DNA from: Mobula hypostoma
Taxonomy: Eukaryota
DNA length: 64,000 bases
Assembly: GCF_963921235.1 (NCBI RefSeq)
Contig: NC_086111.1
Coordinates: 36,084,001-36,148,000, forward strand
Direction: 5' to 3'
Below are positions 12,240-24,129 of this stretch, in pieces. The notes under the pieces are model-generated. The model did not search any database. It had not been told where the DNA came from and worked only from the letters and a program-made list of their open reading frames with translations. The position numbers and the translations under genes are program-made. Numbering within the stretch: the stretch's first letter is position 1; each line of letters opens with the position of its first letter.

Positions 12240-13146
12240 AGGTGGTGACAAGTCAGCATAGAAGAGGAGATTGAAAATCTGGCTGATTTGTGCCTCAACA
12301 ACAACCTCTCACTCCATGTCAGAAAGACCAAAGGACTAATTATTGACTTCAGGAGGAGGAAACCAGAGGTCCATGAGCCAGTTCTCATCGGGGCATCAGA
12401 GGTGGAAAGGGTCAACAACTTTAAATTCTTCGGGATTATCATTTTAGAGGACCCGTCCTGGGTACAGCACGTAAGCGCCATTATGAAGAAAGCTCTGCAG
12501 CATCTCTACTTTCTTAGAAGCTTGTGAGGATTTGGCATGTTATCTAAAACTTTGACAAACTTCTATAGATATGTGGTGGAGTGTATACTGACTGGTTGCA
12601 TCATGCCTTGGTAGGAAAACACCAATAACCTTGAACGGAAAAGCCTACTAGAAGTCCACCATGGGTAAAGCCCACTCCACAGAACGCGGTCGCAGGAAAG
12701 CAGCCTCCATCATCAAGGAACCCCACCGACCAAACCATGCTCTCTTCTTACTGCTGCTATTAGGAAGGAGGTACAGAAGCCTCAGGCCCCACACCACCAG
12801 TTTCAGGAACAGTTAATACCCCTCCACCATCAAGCTCTTGAACAAGAGGGGATAACTTCACTCACCTCATCACTGAACTGTTCCCACTGAACTGGACTGA
12901 CTTTCAAGGACTCTTCATCTCATGTTCTCAATACTTATTGCTTATTTACTTATTATTGTTATTTTTTTAAATGTTTGTATTTGCACAATTTGTTGTTTTT
13001 AGCTCATTAATTGTTTGTCATACTGGGGGCAGTCTTTCATTGTGTTTCATGTATGTATCATGAATGCCTGAAAGAAAATGAATCTCGGGGTTGTATTTGG
13101 TGATGTATATTTACTTTAATAATAAATTTACTTTGAACTTTGAACT
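12240..13146 (+). mobile_element. Rex1/Babar 3' fragment
   Basis: ORF NNLSLHVRKTKGLIIDFRR..FKFFGIIILEDPSW..LYFLRSL, followed by AATAAA and a (CTTTGAA)n tail. Confidence 0.88.
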
Positions 13147-13476
13147 CTCCAATTATTTGTGTGCAATTTAAGTATATTTTTAAAATTTTATTTTTAATAT
13201 ATTTATGTACAATTATGAACACTACAAAATATTATAGGTTTTATTCTAGTTATTCAAAATATTCCAGTTTTACAAAAAAAACTGTTGTAATGGTATAATT
13301 TTAAGAATGTCTGTTAATCAATTTAGCCATGAAACTGCCAAAAATAAGAGGGACCATTGAGTGGAGTGCAAGGACAAAACTGAAATTGCACATTCAACAA
13401 CAGCAATTGGAAGTCAATTTGTGGTTGATCACTGACCTTTAAGTGAGCAAGAACTATTAATTGGTTTACCCCTTAC

Positions 13477-13614
13477 CTTTCCCACTTCAATGATATAAAA
13501 AAAGGTGAATCTTTATAATAAATGTCCTTGCAGAGCTTTATTGCAATGAAGGCAGAAGCTGTTGGAAAAAGTTGTTGCAAATAAGATTTCAATCTTGGTC
13601 TCAATGTTCCATAT
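13477..13614 (-). other. Candidate host-gene exon, 138 nt, phase 2-2 (YGTLRPRLKSYLQQLFPTASAFIAIKLCKDIYYKDSPFFISLKWE); coding or 5'UTR unresolved
   Basis: Acceptor ..ggtgttacag and donor AAG/gtaagg, set in non-repetitive DNA. Only one frame is open, and it is phase-compatible with the two upstream candidates. Confidence 0.55.
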
Positions 13615-13716
13615 CTGTAACACCAACTAATGTAAACTTGTAAGATTGGTGCTATGGAAATCGTTAACACTTGATCTAAGTTGTCAATGGAAGGATATAG
13701 AGTTAAAATGTACAGG

Positions 13717-13924
13717 AACTCAGCAGGTTAGGCAGCATCTGTGGAAATGATCAGTCAATGTTTTGGGCCGGAACCCTTCATCAGGACCGGCCCGAAACGT
13801 TAACTGATCATTTCCGGCCGGAAACATTGACTGATCATTTCCACAGATGCTACCCGACCTGCTGAGTTCCTCCAGCGTGTTGTGAGTGTTGCTTTGACCC
13901 CAGCATCTTCAGAGTATTTTAATT
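13717..13924. mobile_element. Mini Penelope-end insertion (inverted plus tandem pLTR tips)
   Basis: Perfect 14-bp TSD TTAAAATGTACAGG at 13703-13716 and 13925-13938. Inverted AACTCAGCAGG..CAGCATCTGTGGAAATGATCAG arms and a tandem GGCC(C/G)GAAAC..CTGATCATTTCC. Confidence 0.85.
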
Positions 13925-14765
13925 TTAAAATGTACAGGTTTTCAGTTCAATGAAAACACTATGTAAGTGACACTGAATGTATTTAAAATTTTTGTTCATA
14001 TTTCTAATTGTTTAACTATAATACTATAAAGTATGAAATAACACACATTACACAAGAAACATTACAAATTATACTGTAAGATTTAAGTTAATGACTCAAT
14101 CTGTGTAAGGAGTTTAGTTTAAGATGCTTAATGCAAGTTCAAAATCAGGTTTCATCTTTATATCAAATTCATGGCAATTAGGTTAAAGTATTCTTAACCT
14201 ACAGGTTTTCTAAATGGACTGGAAGGATTGAACAAAATGAAAGCATGTAAGGTAAACACTTAAAACTGTCTGCAGCAGAAGTATGATGACAATTTTAATA
14301 CAGCAGTTAAAAGTAATTAATTAGTTTGGTTTTACATTAAGTGACAGGATCGATGTTGGATTATATTGTCATCAATATTCCTTGGATGATTTTCAGACAA
14401 TTACTTGAATGACATTGAGTTACAGTGCCAATATATGTTTCACAAATATATTCAGAAATCTAAAACTGAGATACAGTTTATTAGGCCCATTACTTATATT
14501 TTATAAGAGAGCTACATAAAATGAAATAAAGTTTTTTAAAAAATTTACAGGCTGAACAGGCTTTATTTGGGTAACAGACGATTTCCAGTTTCACAGGTAG
14601 TAATAGAACATTGAGCAATACAGATTATTCAGCCCACAATATTGTTCTAACCAATATGAACCTACTCTATGATCTAAACCTTCCCTCCTACTGTGATGGT
14701 ATTGGATTTGCTGACCACAAAGTTCTAAACTCAAACAAAGAAAAGCATACTGTATCTAATATAAA

Positions 14766-15400
14766 TAGATTAGATTAGATTAGATTATGAAGACATATAG
14801 TCCTCTTTTATTGTCATTTAGTAATGCATGCATTAAGAAATGATACAATATTTCCTCCTGTGTGATATCACAAAACACAGAACAGACCAAGACTGAGAAA
14901 ACTAACAAAACCACATAATTATAACATATAGTTACAACAGTGCAACAATACCATAACTTGATGAAGAAGTCCATGAGCACAGTAAAAAGTTCAAAGTCTC
15001 TCAAATGTCCGACATCTCACGCAGACGGGAGAAGGAAGAAAAACTCTACCTGCCATGCCCGACCACAGTCCGACTCTGAGTCATCCGAAAACTTCAAGCC
15101 TCCGATCAGCTCTCCGACACCGAGTACCGAGCGCCATCTCTGTCCGAACGATTTGACCTCAATCTCAGTCGCCAACAGCAGGCAAAGCCAGGGATTTTGA
15201 GGTCTTTCCTCTGGAAGATTCCCAATCGTGCAGTAACAACAGCAGTGAACTGGCGTTTCAGAAATTTCTCCAGATGTTCCTCTGTGCTTTCACATCTGTC
15301 TCCATCAAATCAGAATTGTCCATGGCCCCTATTTAACGGAGACGACGTCATTTTTCACCAGAGGGCTGCGTACGCGCGGCGCGCTACTCTCTCTCCTCCC
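14766..15400 (-). mobile_element. Non-autonomous retroposon with a Rex1-type (AATCT)n tail
   Basis: (AGATT)n at the left end, TTTATTGTCAT polyA-signal region shared with the Rex1 3' end at ~5060, and a CpG-rich 5' end. Confidence 0.6.
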
Positions 15401-15684
15401 ACCTCATGTAACCTCACTAAAGGGTAGTTGTAATGTAACTACCCAATGTTATGGGCCAACAAGTCTCTGCTCTAGACAGTGCTTGTTTGCAAAGCTGTCC
15501 TTCTAACTTTAAACTGATTACTGCTTGCCATTTACATTAAGAATTGAAGACTGGCTCCCATTTACAGCAAGAAACTAAACAAAGAACATTAGTTGGAAGT
15601 TTAATTCACTCAGAAACAATACTTAGAAGTGTCCGCTGAGCTTGGCAAAAAGAAAAGTCTCCTGGACAGTGAATAATCATCACA

Positions 15685-16070
15685 TCACACAACCTATAAC
15701 CCTCCATTTTTCCTGCATCCATGTGCCTATCTGAAATTCTTAAATCTTCCTATTGTATCAGACACTACAACCGCCAGCAGTGCATTCTGGGAACCTACAA
15801 CTCCATGTTTAAAAAGAGCCCTACCTCTGAACTCTTCCTTAAATATTCCTCCACTCACCTTAAACTGATAGCCTCTGGTATCAGCCATTGCCACCAAGTG
15901 CAAAATGCACTGGCTGTCTTCTCTTTCTATGCCTCTCATAATTTTATATACCTCTATTAAGTCACCTTTCATCCTCCTTCACTCCAAAGAGAAAAAGCCT
16001 AGCTTACTTAACCTTTCCTTATAAGAAATGTTCCCTAATTTAGGCAATTCTGATAAATCCCCTCTGCCTA
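15685..16070 (-). mobile_element. CR1 LINE 3' fragment
   Basis: ORF 15727-15972 reads MKGDLIEVYKIMRGI..TRG. Confidence 0.85.
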
Positions 16071-18399
16071 TCTGTTAATGTTTCCCTCAGTCAGAAAATA
16101 TAGAAAAATCACTCAATATTGTGACTATATCTCTACAGTATAGCAATGAATTACATCAAAAGAACATAAGATTGATAAGAAAGATCAATTATCAAAAGTG
16201 GAGAGAGACAGGTACTAGATTCATATGAATGAATGTACGTACATACTTGAGCTGGTTTATATTTATAGGAATCCGTAAATTGTGTGTTGACAAACTGGGT
16301 TAGTCTGTACTGGTAAGTTAATGCAGCCTTAAAAATCTTGCTAATAGCTAATAGCTGGGAAATTTTTATTTGTTAAAAAAAAATTAACCCAAACTTAGTT
16401 ATTTTAACGTTATTCAAAGATATTTCTCAGTATTAGTTTTTAAAGGATCTGACTGTTCATCTGACAGCTTCTTCCACTAACATACTGTGTGGATAGAGAT
16501 ACCCAGTTCATGCTTTAACATTTGTTCTCTGAACAAATTCAAGGGAAGTTTAAAAATCCACTACTATAGAACTACTTCATCTGCTTCAGCTTTTCATATG
16601 AAATCAATAATTAACTTCTGATGCATGCACTCTGAATGAAGACGTTGAGCAATTAAAATAAAATACAACAAATGCAGAAAGAAATTGCCAAGGAATGAGG
16701 TTATTCTGGTTGCAAATTGTAACCCGGGTCGAGAATAGTTCTGAATCCATTAAGCGAACATTATGGACTATTATTGAAGCTAATAGTGCTTTAAATAATA
16801 CATTTTACAGAGGCAGGAGAGACTGAGATGTTAACCAATTGATCATTATTTGTAGAAAGACTCTCTGAGCTGGCTTGAGGAAAATGTTATGCACTGACAT
16901 AATTCAAACAATTTGTTCAAAATAGCAACTTTCTGGATTTGCAGCTTTATAGGGAGTGATCACCTGAATATATATTCCTAGATAATCAAAAAAATAAGTT
17001 TTTCAATTTTGGAAGGATGTTTTACTGCACTATTATAACAATATTTAGCATTTTAACATTAAAAATAAAGAAGTAAATATTAATACAGAGATGAACTCAA
17101 TTTCTTCACATTAAAACAGAATAAGTATGTAAATAATTTTTGAAAATATAATTTGGAATATCATAATAAGATCTCATTATTAGGCGTCTGGTATAAAAAC
17201 ATATTATGTTTCTGTGAGTGAATGAGCTCTTCTGATTCCTTTTAATGAGTCAAATCTCAATTTAAAGCAAATTTCATAGTTCAAAACAATTAAAGATAAA
17301 AATTACTGAGAGCTAGGAGTTTAGTGACTTTTCAGTAATCTCCGACAATGCTCTCAATATCTGTTGCCACTGTGCTTGAGAACAGTTTCCAATATTGATG
17401 CTAAAAAAAAGCCATTCCTGTTGCCATAATGGGCAGTGGGAGAGTCTTTTTCAGATGTTTCTTTTAATGGATGACCCTGGTGCTGATCTACTGGGGATGT
17501 ACAGCTTGTTTTCCACCAGGAACTCTAATTCATCCTCTAGAATTTGATGAGTCACAACACCAGCACACCAACAACTCTAGTTTGGAAGGATCCTGTGGTA
17601 TAGACAATCAATACTTGTGCTCTTTAAAACCATAGCTTCCAATGTCACAGCTCCTCAGTTAGACAAGCATGCGAAAAATTTTTGTCAAAATACTCTCTGC
17701 AAATAGAACCTCATTCACCATCCTTCTCTCTTCTCTATCTTGTTTGGGGAGAGACAGCTGGTGTATGGCCATTCTCTTTACTCCGAAATGAACAACTTCA
17801 AATGGCAGGATCACCAAAGCGCCTGGCTCTGTCGCCTACACAGTGTTTCAGCAAAATACCTAAATTTGGCCAAGATTTAGACTTCTGCACAAGCGCCACA
17901 CTCACCCACAAAAAAAACTAGCAAGTAACCATGGATCTTTTTCAGAGCATAGGTCGGACCATTCACCCAAGTGTTTGTCACATAAAACAGGGCAGGGTTC
18001 AATTCAACATTATACAGTTGAATATTCCTTATACAAAATGCTTGGGACCGGAAGTGTTTTGGATTTCAGATTTTTTTGGATTTGGAATATATAATGAAAT
18101 AACTTGGGATCACCATCATTTCCAACTCTGAATTTATGTTCTACCCATAAGCAGCCTTTGTCTTACACTTGTCACACATATGTACTTAACAGCAAAAATT
18201 GTTGTATACCATTAAAAAATGAAAGTATAATGTGTGCAGGGTAACAAAAGCAGCATGGCAGCATCAGGACAATTCCTGAATCAGCTGTTGGACAACAACA
18301 AACAACGGCAGGCTTTCAGTGTCTACTTATGATCAGCATTGTAAACTTATGCTGGTGTTAGATTTTCATCAGCAACGCTTTAAAAATTTCATGCTGTTA

Positions 18400-18811
18400 A
18401 AGGGATAAAAAAAAAATTAAGTAAATAAGTACATAGGGATTGGATAATTATGTCTGCGGGCAGGAACAAGCACGAACAAATTGGGATATAAACACCTACA
18501 ATGGTTGGTATATAGGCTTGTATGCAACATTTTGGACCAGTGGAAATGGTCCAGAAGGGTTGTATGGAAAATATTATTACCATTTTTCTTAACAACTAAT
18601 TTCATTACTTAGCCTAATAGGTTAGATTTACCACAGTACATAATTATCTATTTAAATGTTTATTTTGCTTTTATATCATCTCAATGTGTACTTAAGAATG
18701 TATAAATAATTGTAGTTTTATACATATAAAAAAATGGAAAAGGTTATATGTGTGAAAAAAGTACATGATAATTGTGAACTCCTTATCCAAATAAAAATAA
18801 AATTAAAAAAA
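18400..18811 (+). mobile_element. Poly(A)-tailed retroposon 3' end (L1/Tx1-type) inside Tigger
   Basis: TSD AAAAATTTCATGCTGTTA at 18382-18399 and 18812-18829, with AATAAA followed by an A tail. Confidence 0.75.
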
Positions 18812-18865
18812 AAAAATTTCATGCTGTTATGTGAGGTATAAAACAATCAGCATCATAGGCTTGTT

Positions 18866-19150
18866 TTGGGGAGTAGATTTAGGACGGAGATGAAGAGGAA
18901 CTACTTTTCCCAGAGAGTGGTGGATCTGTGGAATTCTCTGCCCAATGAAGCACTGGAGGCTACCTCAGTAAATATATCTAAGACAAGGTTAGATAGATTT
19001 TTGCATAGTAGGGGAATTAAGGGTTATGTGGAAAAGGCAGCTAGATGGAGATGTGTCCATGGCCAGATCAGCCATGATCTTATTGAATGGCGGAGCAGGC
19101 TCGACAGGCCAGATGGCCTACTCCTGCTCCTATTCCTTATGTTTTTATGT
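18866..19150 (+). mobile_element. CR1 3' fragment inside Tigger
   Basis: FRTEMKRNYFSQRVVDLWNSLP plus a CR1 3'UTR and (TTATG) tail. Confidence 0.88.
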
Positions 19151-20237
19151 CGGATTTTCGTAATCAGCGGACACTTTAAGAATTTAATGTTGTGGCTTTT
19201 CTTAAATTTCTGCAACCAGTCTGCTGAATATTCACAATTACCTTCAATCTTCAGTTCATCATGATAGATATTTGCTTGTTTCATAATCAGTATACCGTTA
19301 AGCAGTACATGTTTACTTTGAATCTGGCGACACACGATTGGGATCTTTATTTTTCACTTTATGCAGTGTCTTTATATTTTTCATTACATATGGTATGTGA
19401 GATCACCTCCTAGAACTGTCCGTGGTGTGAGGAGACCTGCACATCTCCCGGAAACCTTCCCAACATCTTGTGGAATTTTTCATTGGTGACATCATTTCAG
19501 CGCTCAAAAAATATATGAGGTCTGAGGTTTTTGGAAACTGTATAAGGGTTAACATCATCGCCTCCTTACTCTTCATATTTCCTGTGTGCATATGCAACCC
19601 TTGCCCAGCAACATATCAACAATGCTGGATACCATGCGTACGTCTGACGACTGAAAATGGAGTCACTTGATGGATACAACAATGACAGGGCAGACCAAAT
19701 TTCTCCCCTTTTACATTTAAATTGCTATATTGTGACATTATTATAGAGGATAGATCATCCTAAGAACCTACTATCTTCAAGGAAAATTAAAATAAAAAAT
19801 GTCATCAATATTAAGAGAATAAAGGGTTGATTGCTTTACCAATCATTTAATTCAAGGTTTTAGAATTTAAAAAGCCACATAATATCTGATAATAATACAC
19901 ATTTAAAATTTTCTATTACTTTAATTGAAATCTCATTTTATTGGAAGTGAAAGCACAGTTATATTCATTGAAATAATTTTTAGTTGTCGTTGCATACCAG
20001 ACTGCATTGAATTTATGACCTGTGAACATGAACATTATGTTGTGTATCTGCTCTGTGTCATTATTGACAGCCAGACTATTTCAAGGAACCATCCAGCCTT
20101 TACATTTCATGCAGTATCAGAATCAAATCTCATTAAACTTTTGGATGCTATATAGTGTATCAATACCTGTTAAATTTTTGATCAAAGACGACCACTACTT
20201 TAATTGTAACACTATAAGATTCTGGTCAAATTGGTAC

Positions 20238-21099
20238 TGTTACGAGAATACACATAAAATTAAGATGTTTGCTGGCCTGGGCTAGCATCAGTGGCATCAG
20301 CAGTTGGTCTGCCACCTGCCCTCAGGGGAAGGAGAGATAAGGAACAATGGAGCAGCGTCTGGAGATGTGTAATGAAGGAATGTGGGAGAGAGAGCTGTCT
20401 GGAGCGGCTCCCCTCTTTGAACCCTGAACTGTTTGAAGTGATGGACAGGCGATACCCCAGCAGGGGGATAAAAAGGGACAGGTTCGCTAAGACAGACACA
20501 CACGCCACCCGAGGTAACGAGACCCTGGAAGCGGTGCGCCTCTCACGAGTGGGTGAGAAGTGCCAGACAACGACAAGGGTGGAAAGGTACGATCAGCGGG
20601 AACCCGGTGTGTGTCCGCCCTTGCCTGGGTGCCGGGTTCACTGCAGAGGATCGACCGCATCTGGAGGAGGGGTCACAGTCGGTGACCTCAGGTGACATCA
20701 CCAAGGACCCGCCCAAAAGCTGTTTGTGAGCCATATCGCTGGTCTGTGAGCCATCTTGCTGGTCTGTGAGTGAAGCCGTTCTGAATGATGAGTTGTTCCT
20801 ATTCTATCTCTCTCTTCCCCCACGTTGTCCACCGCCATGGCAACGATTACTGCGAACTGAACTTTGAGTCATTTTGAAATTGGTCATTTACCCCTAGACA
20901 ACGATAGAGCTTGATTGATGCTGTTATCTTAATTCTGTGCACATGTGTGTTTATCATCGCTGAACTGTTGCATTTATTATCCTTTCGATTAATGTGTTGC
21001 TTGTTTCTTTAATAAAACTTTCTTAGTTCTAGTACTCCAGACTCCAACTGAGTGATCCATTTCTGCTGGTTTGGCAACCCAGTTACGGGGTACGTAACA
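20238..21099 (+). mobile_element. Solo LTR (862 bp)
   Basis: TGTTACG...CGTAACA termini, 5-bp TSD GGTAC (20233-37, 21100-04), TATA-like GATAAAA and AATAAA at ~21011. Homologous to the LTR at 58324. Confidence 0.92.
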
Positions 21100-22344
21100 G
21101 GTACAAAAGAAGGCAACAAAAGAACAAACAATGCAGTGATTCATCCTTTAAATATCTTGTTCAAAGAATTTAGAAATGAACATTTGTTCAAAGGGAATAT
21201 CCCTGAAGCATCAATTTCTGCCAGGGGTAGTAACTACGATATGAATGGAATTACCATGTCATCCATATATATAGCCTCTCAAGTTCAGTCCCTCTTCACT
21301 TTCTCCACAATGTATCACTTGTTTCATTTCTAAATTTTCCTCATTTGAATGAAAGATCACAAACATGAGTAATGATCTCTCCACAGGTGCTACCTAACTA
21401 AATGAAAATTTCCTATATTTTCTGCGTATATGTGAAGCCACTAAGTTGATACAACTCTTTTGATGTGTTGAGGAACAGTTGTTATGTCTTTCTCAATTAT
21501 CTCCGGGAATCGGAACTCGTCTGGTATCAAATTTAAGCAGAGTCATCCGTGAGCAGAAGTCACAAGTGTTTTTAAAGGACCAATGTTGCCATTTCATTCT
21601 CCTTTGCTATTATCACAGGATATGGATTTCTGTATCATAAATAGAATAGATTCCACATTAACAAGAGCTGTAAACAATTAAAAAAGCATTTTCACTTAAA
21701 GAACTTGGCAATGCAAAGAAAGCAGAAGACGAGCAAGCTTATTTCATTTCATGCAACTAGATTTACATCAGACTGCCAGAGGTTGAAATCTCTGTTTTGC
21801 TGTTATGATTTTATTTTAATTGTTCTAATCCATTTGCCCTTCATTGATTCAGCTTCTTTCAAATCAGTTGCTAAACATGAGCTGTTCTCTCGAGTTCAAT
21901 GTGCCTCACATAATCTGGAAAATGTCCTTAAATCACATGGATCAAAGGGCAAGTAACTGAAGTACACACTGATAAATTACGACAAAAGGTGTATTTGGAA
22001 TGTGCACAAGTAAATTGCATTAGGTCATGCACTCTCAATACATAAAATGGCAGTCTGATAGAGTTGGCAATCCAGCAGAATTGCTTCTCTCAAAGATAAG
22101 TATTATTAATTTAATTTGTCAGATTGCTTGTGCTTATGGAGTATTCCATAACAGTGACAAATTGCAAAGCTTTGGACCTGAAAAACTCTTCACTAAATTT
22201 TGTGTCACATTTGAGGAGTGAGTCTTCTTGGATCTCCGTAGCATCAGTTTGCATAATAGGCTATTTTAGAGGGCGAAAACAAAGCCAATGTTTATGTATT
22301 ACCACATTTGCTGCAATGCCAGCAAAAAAAAATCTCCAAGTATA

Positions 22345-22572
22345 ATCTTTATTTTTGTTAAGAGATACAGCACGGTAACAGGCCCTTCCAGCCCAATAAA
22401 TCTGGCCGCTCAATTACACCCATGTGACCAATTAACCTACTAGGCCGTATGTCTTTGGAACCTGTGAGGAAACTAGAGCACGTACAAACTTCTTAAAGAC
22501 AGCAGCGGGAATTGACCCAGATCGCTGGTGCCGTAATAGTGTTACATTAACCGCAATGCAACCACGCCGCCC
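22345..22572 (-). mobile_element. HE1-like V-SINE with CR1-derived tail
   Basis: The reverse complement begins GGCGGCGTGG..GCGGTTAATGTAAC..GGGTCAATTCCC (tRNA head) and ends GGGCTGGAAGGGCCTGTTACCGTGCTGTATCTCT (CR1 tail). Confidence 0.8.
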
Positions 22573-22712
22573 AGAATTTATTTCTTAATTGTTCACAAAA
22601 ATATCTCCAGAAATATTAATTTATTCAAGATGAAGAGAAAAGTTGGGTAAAAAGTATCACTTTTTAAAAATAAAAAAAATTCAAAGAATGTTGTATAACA
22701 TAACCATACATG

Positions 22713-22713
22713 C

Positions 22714-22763
<50 letters not shown>

Positions 22764-22785
22764 GCACACACACGTACACACACAC
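22713..22785. repeat. (CA)n microsatellite
   Basis: Interrupted CA repeat seen directly. Confidence 0.97.
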
Positions 22786-22928
22786 CTACAATATCTACGT
22801 CACTTGCACACTGTATTTTCAAATTGCAGCTTTGATAAATTGGCCAGCAATCAGACTGATAAAAACAGGGTGCTAGAAGTGCTCTGGAACAAAAAGGCTA
22901 ACTAGCTTTACAATGGTTTACTAGGTTT

Positions 22929-23482
22929 AATATGGTTGGGGAACTTCAGCTGCCGTTTGGTGGACCTCGAATGACAGTTGAAGTTCCCCAACCATATTGC
23001 AGCCACCACCCTGCGACCAGACATTGTCCTTGTGTCTGAGCGTACTAAGCAAGTGGTTCTGCTGGAGCTGACAGTCCCATGGGAAGATTGCTTGGAAGAG
23101 GCCTTTGAAAGGAAGCTCTCCAAGTACGCAGGACTGGTCAGCAACTGTCAGCAGGCTGGATGGAGAGCAAGGTGTCTCCCATTGGAGGTTGGTTGTAGGG
23201 GATTCGCAGCCCGTTCCTTAGCTAGAGCCTTCAGCAATTTGGGCATCGAGGGAGAGAGGAAGAGGAGAGCCATCTGCAGTACCACCAATGCAGCAGAGAG
23301 GGCCTCAAGATGGCTGTGGCTCAAAAGAGGGGAGCCATGGAGTCATAAGTAGCTAGCCATCTGGACACAAGCTGGGGTCTTTCACCTGGAGGAGGGTATA
23401 TGATGTTGAAAGACCCAAAACACCCAATGATTCCAGGAACATCACTGAAGATGTGTCCAGAGGCATCAGTAGATGTCTGTAC
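22929..23482 (+). mobile_element. HERO-clade (R2-group) non-LTR retrotransposon 3' fragment with restriction-like endonuclease
   Basis: Open frame 22978-23352 reads LRPDIVLVS..LLELTVPWE..AFERKLSKY..EVGCRGF..AERASRWLWLKR (RLE PD-(D/E)xK motif), followed by a short 3'UTR. Confidence 0.88.
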
Positions 23483-24129
23483 ATGAACAACACTGGGTCT
23501 GAGGCCTCAAATTAGGTCAGAAAGCTGTGAACTATTTTTGGTAATCTTGGAGCCTGGTGGTGAAAGCAATCTGAGTTTGATTGCTGCTGTTGATCTTCTT
23601 CATAGTGAGAAACAGGCAGGAAGAGGAAGTCAAGCTGGACATCAGTAGCAACAGTAAGCTGAATATCAGGACAGTGCTTTGAGGCAGTAAAAGGAATTAC
23701 GGCACAACTGGGAATCAGAATGGACTACAGTCAGGCATAAGGGATCTCAAGTAGGTATCAGAAATCTTTCTAGCAGATGCATACTGTACATGTTGCCTCT
23801 GGAAGGTAAAGAAGAGTTTTTAAACAATAACTGTGCGAGATTTGCCAGTGGTTTTGATGACAACATTGGAGAATTCAACTATCTCAGAGGAGGGTAATTT
23901 AGAGTGAGTAAACAGAATAGAACAATTGAGATGCCAAATGTCATGTTGGAAATTGGTGATGATAAAATTTAAAGGGCTAGGTTCTAGCTCAGGGTTGCTA
24001 AAGACTTACTATGGGGAAGATTTATAGACAAATAATTCCATAATAAATTACTAATGAAACGGAGCAGGGCTTAGATGTCTTGGATCAATTATTGGAGGAT
24101 AAATCCATGAGGTATGATAATATGCAATT

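Larger units (their letters stand above)
18015..19550 (-). mobile_element. Tigger4/Zombi (MER46)-like TcMar-pogo DNA transposon, internally deleted
   Basis: TA then CAGTTGAATATTCCTTATACAAAATGCTTGGGACCGGAAGTGTTTTGGATTTCAG terminal. Minus ORF LNGILIMKQANIYHDELKIEGNCEYSADWLQKFKK is a CENP-B-type HTH. The degenerate other end is TGTGGAATTTT..CAGCGCTCAAAAA at ~19470-19550. Confidence 0.8.

Noticed and set aside
16247-16515. Two possible minus-strand exons with GTATGT donors
   Set aside because: Poor acceptors, and including them closes the frame of the 138-nt candidate.
17330-17990. Coding-like composition, possible ancient LINE fossil
   Set aside because: No diagnostic motif could be read in any frame.
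20291-20695. 134-aa ORF (and the related 142-aa ORF at 58484)
   Set aside because: Both lie inside solo LTRs, the similarity is not kept in frame throughout, and neither has an ATG start.
21570-21629. Possible minus-strand terminal exon NPYPVIIAKENEMATLVL*
   Set aside because: Weak pyrimidine tract and no recognisable homology; phase compatibility alone is insufficient.
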